DNA of 36,393 bases from a virus (Duplodnaviria > Heunggongvirae > Uroviricota > Caudoviricetes): positions 1 to 36,393 of IMG/VR virus record IMGVR_UViG_2534682108_000013. One strand, 5' to 3'. Under the pieces are notes generated by a model. The model ran no database searches. It was given only the letters and a program-made list of their open reading frames with translations, and was not told the origin of the DNA. Numbering within the stretch: position 1 is the first letter of the stretch; each line of letters opens with the position of its first letter. The translations under genes and the position numbers were made by a program. Positions 8,771-18,479 of the stretch are shown one piece after another.

Positions 8771-10561
8771 CTACCCGCCCATGCCAGTTCTACCAATTCT
8801 GGTATAACCAACATCGGTACTCACGTTGATGCCTCTGGATTTCGACTCTGTCACTGTTGTTCCAGGTTGAGCGCCTTTTAGCTCAACAACAACTCTGGCC
8901 TCTGGCTGTGAAGGTGTCCCCTGATTAATCTGATAAGGGTTATAGCCACTGCTAGCAACACCAGTACCATAAGCACCGTAACCACCAGCGCCCCACTGCG
9001 CAGCGTTAGCAGCAGCAACAGTGTCACTGGCTCCATCAGAGAACCATTCAATAATAGGTTTGAGCTTATTCCACATATCCTGGAACCACTTAACAACTGG
9101 TCCCCAGTTATTGATGATCAATCCTAGTGGTGTCCAACCAAAGACTGTTTTCATCAACTCCCATCCGACTTGGAAATATGGCCCAATCTTATCCCACATT
9201 TCTTTAAACCACGGGCCTACCGTACTCCAGTTGGCAATAATATAACCTGCGGCTATTGCAATAAGTCTGAACAATATTCCCCACGGGGACATTGATATAG
9301 TCTTACTTACCAAACCTAAAGCAAAGTTAACTCCCATAAACCCAAGTTTTAAAGCAGCAAGACCAGCAACAAGGCCGACTACTCCCCTGATTACATCAGG
9401 ATTTTTCTCGGCAAAGTTAGAAAATTTTTCCCCGAGATCACCAAGCCAAATAACAATCTGTTTAGTGTCCGATGAAAAAGCACCACCTATAGCTGCGAGT
9501 CCATTTGTAGCTGTCCCTGTCATTGCTTCCCAGAGATTTGCCAAGGTTCCAAGCTGTGCCTCAACACGTTTGTTTAGGCTGGCTTGCTTATTCATTTTTT
9601 GTTGAACCTGGTCATAGCCGTCTTTACCCTTATCTATAAGGGCGTTAACTACCTGGAGTGTTTCCGCATCATCACCAAACAGGGCTTTTAACACTCCCGT
9701 TCGTTTCACATCAGTTAATTTTCTGAGTTTCGATAACTGCGTAAACATTTTATCAATACCGCCGAAACTGCCTTTGCCATCGGTGAAATCAAGATTCACG
9801 CCGAGCTTTTGACGTTGCAGTACTTTATTGACGCCATTGACTTTCTTGATGTCTAAACCGGACTGGATAACTTTGCGAAGGGCGTTTCCGGCTGACTCAC
9901 CCTGCATACCCATCTGGTCCATCATGACGCTGATCGGAGCAAGTCCCTGAGCGGCTTTCAATCCGTCCTTATTAACCATCTTCAGAACTGAGCTGGTTTT
10001 GGTGAAAAACGACAACATGTTGGTGTCATCGACACCAAGGTAAAACGCTTTCTGGATGGTATCAAACAGCCCCATCATGTCATCTGATGCGGTCCCAGTT
10101 GCGTCCTGCATTTTTGCGGCGAATTCTGCCGCTGCTTCAGGTGTTTTTTTAAGCTGTACAGCAAGGTATGCAGTCGCTTTGCCTACCCCACCCAGAATGT
10201 TTTCTGCCGGAATACCCTGGCGAACAAGCATCTGCATCATGTTCTGAAAATCAGCAGTCGTGCCAGGTAACTGATTCCCAAGCCCAACAGCCAGTTTGTT
10301 TATTTTTTCAAAACTATTGCCGACTTCTCCGTTCGCCTGCATCATCGCGACCTTCAGCCCAGTAGCCGCATTCTCCTGATCCGCATAGGCTTTAAGCGAT
10401 ACAGTCAATCCAGCAGCCAAACCACCCGCCAGCGCTAATCCACCTTTTGAAGCTTCCTCTGCCTGGCGCTTGAAACCACGGATATTTTTCTGCATCCGTG
10501 AAAGCGCAGGAGATAGCTTATCTACGCCAGTAATCAGAGCCTTAAGCTCAAATTCAGCCAT
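8771..10561 (-). CDS. Tail tape measure protein
   Basis: 596 aa, Ala/Gly-rich helical repeats, follows the chaperone frameshift region. Confidence 0.85.
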   Translation of the reverse strand: MAEFELKALITGVDKLSPALSRMQKNIRGFKRQAEEASKGGLALAGGLAAGLTVSLKAYADQENAATGLKVAMMQANGEVGNSFEKINKLAVGLGNQLPGTTADFQNMMQMLVRQGIPAENILGGVGKATAYLAVQLKKTPEAAAEFAAKMQDATGTASDDMMGLFDTIQKAFYLGVDDTNMLSFFTKTSSVLKMVNKDGLKAAQGLAPISVMMDQMGMQGESAGNALRKVIQSGLDIKKVNGVNKVLQRQKLGVNLDFTDGKGSFGGIDKMFTQLSKLRKLTDVKRTGVLKALFGDDAETLQVVNALIDKGKDGYDQVQQKMNKQASLNKRVEAQLGTLANLWEAMTGTATNGLAAIGGAFSSDTKQIVIWLGDLGEKFSNFAEKNPDVIRGVVGLVAGLAALKLGFMGVNFALGLVSKTISMSPWGILFRLIAIAAGYIIANWSTVGPWFKEMWDKIGPYFQVGWELMKTVFGWTPLGLIINNWGPVVKWFQDMWNKLKPIIEWFSDGASDTVAAANAAQWGAGGYGAYGTGVASSGYNPYQINQGTPSQPEARVVVELKGAQPGTTVTESKSRGINVSTDVGYTRIGRTGMGG

Positions 10562-10702
10562 TGCCTTTCTTCTCCTGCTCTATCCTGTTTGCCTGACTGA
10601 CCAGCAGCGGAATCTCACTGATTGGCATTTTCAGCAGTTCAAATGGGTTAATGCGCCAGTAGCTGGCGCAGTCAAAAAAACGATCAGTGAGATAATTGGC
10701 AG

Positions 10703-10972
10703 TCAGGCCTGGAGGAAAAAACCAGCAACCAGCCAGCCTGCGCTATTCAGGTCGCCGGGTTTCATCTGATCTACCGTACTCAGCGGCACATTAGCCAGCC
10801 GAACAATGTACTTCGCGATAATATGCGCCTGCAGTTTGATGGATTCGTCCTGATTCATCTGGTACGGATAACCAAGTTCGCGAACGTCTTTACCAGTCGG
10901 TTCATTAAACTCCAGGACGCTGATCGTTTCACCATGCGCGGTTACTGGATGTTTCAGCTCAAGTTCTTTCAT
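10703..10972 (-). CDS. Tail assembly chaperone (short form; frameshift-extended form would end at 10554)
   Basis: 89-aa ORF between tube and tape measure; slippery heptamer 5 codons before its stop; the -1 frame stays open to the tape measure start. Confidence 0.65.
   Translation of the reverse strand: MKELELKHPVTAHGETISVLEFNEPTGKDVRELGYPYQMNQDESIKLQAHIIAKYIVRLANVPLSTVDQMKPGDLNSAGWLVAGFFLQA
10715..10721 (-). other. Candidate -1 programmed frameshift slippery site T_TTT_TTC
   Basis: Read on the minus strand as GGT TTT TTC; X_XXY_YYZ pattern; the -1 frame adds ~47 codons ending in a TGA that overlaps the tape measure ATG. Confidence 0.45.
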
Positions 10973-11328
10973 TACTGGTAATCCCCTTCTTCACCGTGGA
11001 ATTCAAGATCTGCCGTACCTTCTTCGGCATTGTGGTTTGCCTCACCGTGTAGCCAGGCAGACGACAAGACATAAACCTGACCATTTGCCAGTTCGGCGGT
11101 AATAGTCATCTGGTCCGAGGTTGTGACCTTGTTGACCGGAAAATCTTTCGGCACTTTGAAGGTGCCTTTGATATACGGCGCGCGGTGTGTTTCTTTACGA
11201 TCCACCGAGCCATCAAGGCCAATAACATCATCATTGACCTTAGTATTCATCGGCACCTCAATACCGCCGGTCATGGATAATTGCTGACCATCAATTTTGA
11301 AATAACAAGTACCTGCAATGCGCGGCAT
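10972..11328 (-). CDS. Tail tube protein
   Basis: 118 aa immediately downstream of the sheath gene, overlapping start/stop. Confidence 0.75.
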   Translation of the reverse strand: MPRIAGTCYFKIDGQQLSMTGGIEVPMNTKVNDDVIGLDGSVDRKETHRAPYIKGTFKVPKDFPVNKVTTSDQMTITAELANGQVYVLSSAWLHGEANHNAEEGTADLEFHGEEGDYQ

Positions 11329-12827
11329 TATGCGGACTCCTCTTGATACTGAAGGCGGAACTGGTTAACGACAGCAAACACTCGCAGCTGGTTAACATAG
11401 TCAGGCGGGAACAGGGTGTTGATACGGTTCGGATCGGTCGCGTCACGCTCAACTTTCAGGTATTGCTTGAACAGGTCGTAATTTTCTACGATCCCGGCGC
11501 GCTCCATCTGTCGGTAAGTCGCCAGCAGCTCCCCTTTGATAACCGCCGGGGTAACAATCGCCTGACCAGGACCGAAGCGGGTACCATCGTTCGCCAGTTT
11601 ATGGCGGCCGTATTTGCTGGTAATGACAGACTTCAACTTGCGCAACACATATACGCTGGTATGAAGTGTTTCACTATCGAGATAACTGTTGTCTGCAACA
11701 CCGTAGGCGTTTTTCTTGTACGTTGTAACGTCTCGCTGAATGCGAAGCGTACCGCTTTCTACGTATGACGTTGCAATCCCATGTGACAGCAGAGACTGCT
11801 GCTCGGTCATCGTGAAGCGCTTCCCTTTTGGTGCTGGCAGCATGTCCACCAGTTCGCCGGTTTGTGTCGGACGGGCCGGATCATTGCGGATAAATACCGC
11901 GTTGCGCGCGGTACGACTGGCTACCAGTTCATCTGCCGGGGTCTGAGTTTCTTTCTCATACCCCGCCAGGGTGATGTGCTGTTGGTTAAGCTGATCGCCA
12001 GCGGCAACCAGATCAGAAAGCGTTCCGAGTTTTGCTGTATAAACGTGGCCATAAAGCTGGCGCGCGTAGCTCCAGCGACCGCTGGTATCGTTCATTTCGC
12101 TGACAAATGCATTAACCGAGGCCAAATCGCTGAACGGATGACCAATATAATCAAACGGCTCATCGGCCATGGCAGCAATAGCACCGTTGAGTACCGGGGC
12201 ACCAGTTCCGGCAGTACCAGCGGCAACGGCTACAGCTACGCCTGCGGGCAAAACTTCCCCGCCACCGTAACCGTAATAATTCAGAACCACGGGGATTTCA
12301 TTCCCGCTCAGACCTTTGTGACGCGCTGTCAGAGTGACCACGCCAGCGGCAGACGAAGCGATAACCGGCAATGTCGGATCAGCATTGATTGCATCTTTAA
12401 TGCTCGATGCCACGGCCTCAACATCATCACCGCTTACAACTGCTGCCTGAATACGAGTACGCCCGACATAAACATTCACTGTGCCGCTCTCAGTTGCTGC
12501 GCCAGTTACGGTCAGGGTATACGTGGCCGCCACTCCCGCCACTGGCTCAGGGACAGCAATGATGTAAAGCTCACCAAAAGGATCGGTTTTGCGATACGCA
12601 GCAACCATGCGAGCAAGCTGACTACCGGGACCACAAATCTGCTTTGCGTAATCAGCGGACGGCATCAGCACCAGTGAATCAGGCTGAATTGACGCACCTG
12701 TATTAGCATGGCCAAGCAGCAATGATGGCGCTGACTCCTGACTTGTATTCGCCGCCGAATTATCCATCTCAGCATAAAACAGTGGCACCAGCGTATTTGC
12801 CGGGATAGTGCTGAAACTAACGGTCAT
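11328..12827 (-). CDS. Contractile tail sheath protein
   Basis: 499 aa; position upstream of tube; sheath-like composition. Confidence 0.85.
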   Translation of the reverse strand: MTVSFSTIPANTLVPLFYAEMDNSAANTSQESAPSLLLGHANTGASIQPDSLVLMPSADYAKQICGPGSQLARMVAAYRKTDPFGELYIIAVPEPVAGVAATYTLTVTGAATESGTVNVYVGRTRIQAAVVSGDDVEAVASSIKDAINADPTLPVIASSAAGVVTLTARHKGLSGNEIPVVLNYYGYGGGEVLPAGVAVAVAAGTAGTGAPVLNGAIAAMADEPFDYIGHPFSDLASVNAFVSEMNDTSGRWSYARQLYGHVYTAKLGTLSDLVAAGDQLNQQHITLAGYEKETQTPADELVASRTARNAVFIRNDPARPTQTGELVDMLPAPKGKRFTMTEQQSLLSHGIATSYVESGTLRIQRDVTTYKKNAYGVADNSYLDSETLHTSVYVLRKLKSVITSKYGRHKLANDGTRFGPGQAIVTPAVIKGELLATYRQMERAGIVENYDLFKQYLKVERDATDPNRINTLFPPDYVNQLRVFAVVNQFRLQYQEESA

Positions 12828-13001
12828 TGGTTTCCACCTTTTTTTGTTTAACTTTGTTCACGCGCCTGATATCACCAGCGGCTTCCCGGCGCAGCCAGTA
12901 GCTGCTTTCTTCAACATTTCGCCCTTCAACAGGCAAAAGGTCGCCTCGGGCAGGGTCATGTACTGACCGCCCTTTTTGGGGTTTTACAAACATGTTTTTC
13001 C

Positions 13002-13562
13002 TCAGGAGGGGAGAGTTATCTCTGTGTGATGCTCGGGCTTCCCGTCGGGGCCATGTCCCGGATCGATAAAATCAACATCAATCGCCAGCGTTTTAAAATC
13101 ATCCAGATCGTTCAGCTCGTCCTGCTGACGAGTGTCATCTTCTGAAAGCTCTTTCAACACAGAGAAGTCGAACTGGTAGCTCAGTTCATGCCGGTTCACA
13201 TCAAGCAGCGTGCCGCCTGCATAGGTGATCGGGTTTCCGCGCTCTTCAGGATTCCAGCCCAGGAGCGCTTTAAACAGTGACTGTCGTACATCGTGAACAA
13301 CATCATATGAGGCAAACTGACCGCGCTCATCCCGGCCATTGCTGACAAACACAATGACGGAAAACCCTTCGGTTAAATCCTGCCAGTAGTCAGTCTGGCT
13401 CTTCTGCTCCCCTGGCGAATCATCTCCAGGAACAACATAAGCCGCAGGCAGTTTCATCTTCCCGACTTCCGGCAAGTCCTTAAACTGCGCAGCGCCTGCT
13501 ACACGACTCTGGAATTCCGGGCAACGCGCCCGAAGTGTTGCAATAATCGGGGCCAGTTTCAT
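13002..13562 (-). CDS. Tail-completion/virion protein (Mu gp37-like)
   Basis: 186 aa, acidic C-terminus; synteny between head-completion genes and sheath. Confidence 0.5.
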   Translation of the reverse strand: MKLAPIIATLRARCPEFQSRVAGAAQFKDLPEVGKMKLPAAYVVPGDDSPGEQKSQTDYWQDLTEGFSVIVFVSNGRDERGQFASYDVVHDVRQSLFKALLGWNPEERGNPITYAGGTLLDVNRHELSYQFDFSVLKELSEDDTRQQDELNDLDDFKTLAIDVDFIDPGHGPDGKPEHHTEITLPS

Positions 13563-14116
13563 CAGCGTCGCCTCTCCGGTTTGAGTGATAACCGCAGTTC
13601 ACGCGCCAGGTAGTAACGCGTCCACGGGTTGTTTTTGTTGAGTGTCTCAACCATAAAATTATTACGCGGGGCCAGACGCCAGCCGCTACCACCAGAAGCG
13701 CCACGGTGATGGCTGCGCCGACGTTTTGCGCCACCGCGCACACCGTAGAACAGAAATGCCGGGTAAAAATCGCCGGTGATAAGCCGGTTCCCCTGCCCGT
13801 TCTTCTGGTTCGGTGCAATACGTGCCATAAACCCCGGTCGCCGTCCGCTTGCTTTTGGCACCATGTAACCGATGGATTTAGCCAGGCGGCCTGTCTGGTA
13901 ACCGGGGTTTTCACCTGGTTCAGAACGACCACGGCGCATCACCAGACGGCGTGCGTCGCGCATATGGCGCTGGCCGATGGTGACAAAGGCACGCCGAACG
14001 CGCGCGCGGTTGAAGCGCATTTCGTTCGGCTGCTGAAAATCAACGTGTAAAAAGGGTTCCGCCACTGGAATTCCCTCCGGTATTTTCTGTAAATAAACCC
14101 AGTTCGGTGCACTCAA
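13562..14116 (-). CDS. Virion morphogenesis / tail completion protein (gp10 or gpG-like)
   Basis: 184 aa basic protein; synteny. Confidence 0.5.
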   Translation of the reverse strand: MSAPNWVYLQKIPEGIPVAEPFLHVDFQQPNEMRFNRARVRRAFVTIGQRHMRDARRLVMRRGRSEPGENPGYQTGRLAKSIGYMVPKASGRRPGFMARIAPNQKNGQGNRLITGDFYPAFLFYGVRGGAKRRRSHHRGASGGSGWRLAPRNNFMVETLNKNNPWTRYYLARELRLSLKPERRR

Positions 14117-14453
14117 GAAGCAGAAACCGTCGTTTACTGTTTAGATCGCGAACACGTTTCACGCGGTACACCTCGTCCCCCTTCGCCACCTCAAAATCAG
14201 TGGTAATCCCACGACGCCAGCGAATGGTGATGTAATGTGTGATGGCATTGTCCGTCTGCGCCGTTTCCTGGTATGTGGTGGCGCTGGTTTGCAGCACCTT
14301 TGCCCATGCTTTGAATAAAACCGGGTATTCAGGCTCGGTACCGAAATCATCAGCAGGAACATCCACTCTTTCCCTGAGAACCACTCGCTGATCGAGTTCA
14401 CCGGGGTCAGGCATGGTGTACAGAGCACTGGTGTTAGTTGACCGTCTCTTCAT
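14040..14453 (-). CDS. Head-tail adaptor / head closure protein
   Basis: Internal Met at 14453 sits 1 nt after the upstream gene stop; the ORF track extension to 14555 overlaps the upstream gene. Confidence 0.55.
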   Translation of the reverse strand: MKRRSTNTSALYTMPDPGELDQRVVLRERVDVPADDFGTEPEYPVLFKAWAKVLQTSATTYQETAQTDNAITHYITIRWRRGITTDFEVAKGDEVYRVKRVRDLNSKRRFLLLECTELGLFTENTGGNSSGGTLFTR

Positions 14454-14454
14454 A

Positions 14455-14784
14455 CTAATATCCCGATACAGGTAATCGCCGTGGATATAACAGAAATTCA
14501 AAAGCCTGAGGAGTCTCTGACATTTCCAGTTCTGATACTGAACTTCGATTCTCATACCAGTGGCTGATCAGCATCAGCATCCCCAGTTTGATATCATTGG
14601 TGAGCACGATTCCGTCAGAGTCCAGCGCCGGAATATCCGCTTTCGTGGCGTAAAGATTACGGTTAAGGTAGGTTGTAGCCTTTGCCTCTGCCGCTTCACC
14701 AAGCAAGGTCAGCAGAGAATCCTCGTCCTTAAAATCCACTTCAAGACGGCACTGTGCTTTTATTTCTGGAAGCGTCAATAACAT
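14455..14784 (-). CDS. Head-tail connector protein (gp6-like)
   Basis: 109 aa following the capsid gene region. Confidence 0.55.
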   Translation of the reverse strand: MLLTLPEIKAQCRLEVDFKDEDSLLTLLGEAAEAKATTYLNRNLYATKADIPALDSDGIVLTNDIKLGMLMLISHWYENRSSVSELEMSETPQAFEFLLYPRRLPVSGY

Positions 14785-14793
14785 CCTGCCTCC

Positions 14794-15039
14794 TTATTTT
14801 TTACCCGTTCGTTTTTTTGCCTGCTCTGCCTGCTCTGCCTGCTCTGCCTGCTCTGCCTGCTCTGCCTGCTCTGCCTGCTCTGCCTGCTCTGCCTGCTCTG
14901 CAGGAGTATCCTCACTCACACATTCCGCATAACCTTTTCTGATCAGCTCTCTACCATGCTGCTCCAGCGTTTCAAACTCACTGCCTTCAGTCTGTACAGT
15001 ACCGTTGAAATAAACCGGTTTAAGGGATCGCATTTTCAT
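14794..15039 (-). CDS. Small protein with C-terminal (Ala-Glu-Gln)x8 repeat
   Basis: 81-aa ORF with AGGAAG RBS; C-terminus encoded by a perfect 9-bp tandem repeat. Confidence 0.45.
   Translation of the reverse strand: MKMRSLKPVYFNGTVQTEGSEFETLEQHGRELIRKGYAECVSEDTPAEQAEQAEQAEQAEQAEQAEQAEQAEQAKKRTGKK
14821..14892. repeat. Perfect 9-bp tandem repeat (CTGCTCTGC)x8
   Basis: Read directly; in-frame (9 bp = 3 codons) within ORF 14794..15039. Confidence 0.95.
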
Positions 15040-15085
15040 TTCGGCTTCCTCAGGGTGAAAGCGGCCAGAAGGCCGCTGTTATGGA

Positions 15086-16303
15086 TTACTCGCCGACAGG
15101 AGCAGGTGCTGTAAAGGAGCCATAGACAAACGCCTCCGGGCGTTTTACCGACAGCGCCAGACGTTCTTCACAGCGGATAGAAATCATGTTTTTCTCGAAG
15201 TCATCGGCGTTTTCGGTGGAAATAACCACATTGGCATCTTCACGATCGAAGATTTGTGCACCGGCATTGAATGCACCGGTCAGGAATTTTCCGAGGAATG
15301 CTGCTGCTTCAGTCGCCACAACCGGCAGGCCCCACAGGGTAGGACCGGCCAGTGCTGACGGATTTGCAAGAATGTAACGACCCAGCGTGTCTTTGCTGAG
15401 TTCAATTTTCGCCCAGTCGGTGAAATGCAGAACATGACCAGATGCCGGGAAGCGAGCCAGTTGCGCCTGCAACATTGCCAGACGCAGATCGTCAATACCA
15501 TTTTGATGAGCAACAGCAAACGCCGCAGCAAATGCAGATGCCTGAGGGACAATCCCCTCCAGGTGGGCACCAGTACCATCACCAAAGAGAATTTCCTGTT
15601 CTTCGACATACTTCAGCCCATAGCGAAGCTCGGCATCAATAGTTGACTGAAGCTGTGGCATATCGTCAAGGATCTGTTTAGCCGCTTTGAACAGATGAGC
15701 GATAGTACGAACCGGCGTAATTTTTTCAGCAAATGCGATATCGCTGTACGGCTTGGTGGTATTTTCTGCCACCGCTTTAGCATTATTGGTAAATCCGGTC
15801 TGCTGAACCCAGTAAATGGTATTGGACTCAGTGCGCCCAGGCGCGATCAGATCACGAATAAAAAGGCGCTGCTTCGGCTGTGTATCAATGCCAGGAAGAC
15901 GGTCCGGCGCAACAATCTGACCTGGGACATTCACTGACAACAGAGCGGCACTAACAGGAATGCTCAGGCGCTTGTTGCCTTCAACACTGGCAGCAAAAGT
16001 TTTCAGCGCTTCAGCAGAGATAACCTGCTGGCCAACAGTCTCGACAACCTGTTTTGCATTTGCAAGTGGCATCTGCGCGACATGTTGTTCAAGGTCACCA
16101 ACGGTTGCTTTTAGTGTTTTTTCAGCTTCACGAAGGGCGTTAAATTCAGACGCCATTTTGTCGACAGCCGCCTTCGTTTCTTCTGAAAGCTGGCCTGATT
16201 TTTGCGCTTCTTTGAGTGCGTCTTCTGCTTTCGCGTTGAACTTACTGGTTGCCTCTTCAATGCTGGCAGTGACTTTTTTCAGAATATCGTTTACTTCAGA
16301 CAT
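15086..16303 (-). CDS. Major capsid protein (HK97 fold with N-terminal delta/scaffold-like domain)
   Basis: 405 aa; coiled-coil N-terminal ~100 aa then capsid body; follows the prohead protease. Confidence 0.85.
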   Translation of the reverse strand: MSEVNDILKKVTASIEEATSKFNAKAEDALKEAQKSGQLSEETKAAVDKMASEFNALREAEKTLKATVGDLEQHVAQMPLANAKQVVETVGQQVISAEALKTFAASVEGNKRLSIPVSAALLSVNVPGQIVAPDRLPGIDTQPKQRLFIRDLIAPGRTESNTIYWVQQTGFTNNAKAVAENTTKPYSDIAFAEKITPVRTIAHLFKAAKQILDDMPQLQSTIDAELRYGLKYVEEQEILFGDGTGAHLEGIVPQASAFAAAFAVAHQNGIDDLRLAMLQAQLARFPASGHVLHFTDWAKIELSKDTLGRYILANPSALAGPTLWGLPVVATEAAAFLGKFLTGAFNAGAQIFDREDANVVISTENADDFEKNMISIRCEERLALSVKRPEAFVYGSFTAPAPVGE

Positions 16304-16312
16304 AAAGGGTCC

Positions 16313-17161
16313 TTATTTGACTAACGCCGCCAGAGCGCTTTCAAGTGAGTTGATGGTTTCAGGTTTGATATCTTCGGCAGCGCCCGGCGTACCGTCGTTA
16401 TGGGTGACAGCGCCAGGCATGCCACCGGATAAGGCTTTAATGAGTTTTCTACGCTCAGAACGGGGAGTATTGGTTTTAGCCAGTAGCGCATCGAGTTTGC
16501 GCAGTGCGGCGGCGGGCGATTCATCGCCATCGCTGACTGCATCAGCAGAAAGCAGGCTGTCTGCCAGTCCTTTCGCCACGGCGTCGCTTCCACCGATATA
16601 GCTTTCAGCATCCATCAACTTCTGCACGGCTGTCATATCAAGGCCGGAGCGTGCCGCGTAGATATCAGCCATCGCGGTATCGAATGGTTCCAGTGACTGT
16701 GCCAGTTCAGCAAAGTCATGGCGGTTTCCCATCGCGTATACCCAGCAGTTGTGGATCATCAGGAAGGCACCACGACCGATCTGAATAATATCGCCAGCCA
16801 TCGCAATGATCGATGCGGCACTGGCGGCAATACCCAGAACCTTGACCGTTACACGGCCTTCGTATTCGCGGAGAAGGTTATAAATCGCCAGTCCTTCGAA
16901 CATATCACCGCCCGGTGAGTTGATATTCACCGTAACGTCGGCACCATTCATCGCCCGAAGTGCTCCGGCAATACGCTTGGCTGTCACCCCTTCGCCCCAG
17001 TAGTCCTGTCCGATAACATCAAAAACAGAAATGCTGTTATCGTCGGTGGCCGCAGCTTTAATCCCGCCGTCCCAGCGATCCAGTGCAGACGGTAAGGTTT
17101 CACAGGTAACGCGCGCGCAGGGACGACCCGCCGGTGCTACCGGAAGTTGTTTTTTGCTCAT
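16313..17161 (-). CDS. Prohead maturation protease (ClpP-like S14 family)
   Basis: ...NINSPGGDMFEGLAIYNLL...IAASAASIIAMAG ClpP-like motifs; between portal and capsid. Confidence 0.85.
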   Translation of the reverse strand: MSKKQLPVAPAGRPCARVTCETLPSALDRWDGGIKAAATDDNSISVFDVIGQDYWGEGVTAKRIAGALRAMNGADVTVNINSPGGDMFEGLAIYNLLREYEGRVTVKVLGIAASAASIIAMAGDIIQIGRGAFLMIHNCWVYAMGNRHDFAELAQSLEPFDTAMADIYAARSGLDMTAVQKLMDAESYIGGSDAVAKGLADSLLSADAVSDGDESPAAALRKLDALLAKTNTPRSERRKLIKALSGGMPGAVTHNDGTPGAAEDIKPETINSLESALAALVK

Positions 17162-17174
17162 CAGGAAATTGCTC

Positions 17175-18479
17175 CTAGGCGGCCTGTTTCAGTGGAGATT
17201 GTTCGAAAGGAATATCAGGGAAAACCGCATTATGGACTTCGCGAAGCAGTTTAGCTTTTTCGGCTGTACTGTTTTTACGCAAGTCTTCAAGCGGGGTGAG
17301 ATTCAGTTGAACTGTGTAGATATCCCCACCCTCAATCGGTGGAAGGTTTTCAAGGCGTCGCACATCATTACGCGACATCCATCCGTTTTGCAGTGCGGTG
17401 GTGTAGTACGCCGCACGCCCTGCGCTGTCGGCACGGAGCAGGCCTTCTACTGAGAACTCCGCAAATAAATCCTCATCTCCGTTAAGCAGACAGCGTGAAA
17501 TCTCCTGCTCAATATTGACCAGCATTGGGCGTAGTGTATTAGTCAGGAACAGGAGGTTCATCCCTTCAACACTCGATGCCCAACTGCTCTGCTTCGTCGT
17601 GTGTCCTACCATAAAGGGAGGCACCCGGAACCAGCGGCAGATTTCCTCGATGCTGAATGAGCGTGATTCCAGCATCTGCGCATCTTCAGGATTCAGGGTT
17701 ATGCCCTGATAGGACATATCCCCCTCCAGCACCATCACTTTTCCGGCATTTTTAGAGCCGACGAAGCGGTTAAGGTTTTCACGGTTTTTCTGGCGCTGCT
17801 CTTTGGTCAGAAGATTCTTTGACAGGAAAAATCCGGATGTCTGAATACCGTTTTCGAAAATTTTCGCTGCGGACTCTTCAACCGCCATCGCCGCACCAAA
17901 CACGTCACGCCCGGTACGCATCGGCATCATCCCGCAGACACCATCAAGGCCAAAGCCCCGGATGTGCATCATGTTTTTAACCGGAATGATGCGCGCTATC
18001 CCCTTCTCAGTGTAGGTATAACGCAGTTCGCCGCTGTCCAGCCGCTCAACCTTCATGCACTGAGGCAGCAAAGGCACCAGTGAAACCAGTTTGGTACCAA
18101 TCAACTTTTTTTCTACGTAGGCATTACCCCGAAGGCAGATACTGGCAACCACCATCAGCATAAAGCGCGACGGCGTCATTTCACTGTTGGGGCGGCGACA
18201 TAACACCTGATAAGCAGGGTGATTAAGCGCCAGCTTGCGGGAACCATCAGCCGCCCGTTCGTATACCTTCATCGGCAGGGTTGAAACGGATTCACTCAGC
18301 AGACGTACACAGGCCCAGACAGAAGCCAGTGCCAGCGCTTTTTCTGCTGTAACGACTTTTCCGCTGCTACTGGTGCCATACCACTCCTGCCAAAAGGCTG
18401 CGTCATTCAGCCCAATTGTTTCGCCAAGCCAGTTAACAATCGCGGTTTTGATGCGGCCCGGCCGTTTTTTTTCCTTCAT
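17175..18479 (-). CDS. Portal protein (HK97 family)
   Basis: 434 aa; immediately downstream of terminase large subunit. Confidence 0.85.
   Translation of the reverse strand: MKEKKRPGRIKTAIVNWLGETIGLNDAAFWQEWYGTSSSGKVVTAEKALALASVWACVRLLSESVSTLPMKVYERAADGSRKLALNHPAYQVLCRRPNSEMTPSRFMLMVVASICLRGNAYVEKKLIGTKLVSLVPLLPQCMKVERLDSGELRYTYTEKGIARIIPVKNMMHIRGFGLDGVCGMMPMRTGRDVFGAAMAVEESAAKIFENGIQTSGFFLSKNLLTKEQRQKNRENLNRFVGSKNAGKVMVLEGDMSYQGITLNPEDAQMLESRSFSIEEICRWFRVPPFMVGHTTKQSSWASSVEGMNLLFLTNTLRPMLVNIEQEISRCLLNGDEDLFAEFSVEGLLRADSAGRAAYYTTALQNGWMSRNDVRRLENLPPIEGGDIYTVQLNLTPLEDLRKNSTAEKAKLLREVHNAVFPDIPFEQSPLKQAA

Noticed and set aside
11862-12677. 271-aa plus-strand ORF inside the tail sheath gene
   Set aside because: Antisense shadow ORF within a well-supported minus-strand structural gene; Cys/Arg-rich, no RBS context
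14754-14942. Plus-strand ORF encoding (LPA)n and possible CRISPR-like periodicity
   Set aside because: Reverse-strand reading of the 9-bp tandem repeat; units are contiguous with no spacers, so it is neither a CRISPR array nor a separate gene
15960-16601. 213-aa plus-strand Ser/Ala-rich ORF across the capsid/protease junction
   Set aside because: Shadow ORF opposite the capsid and protease genes
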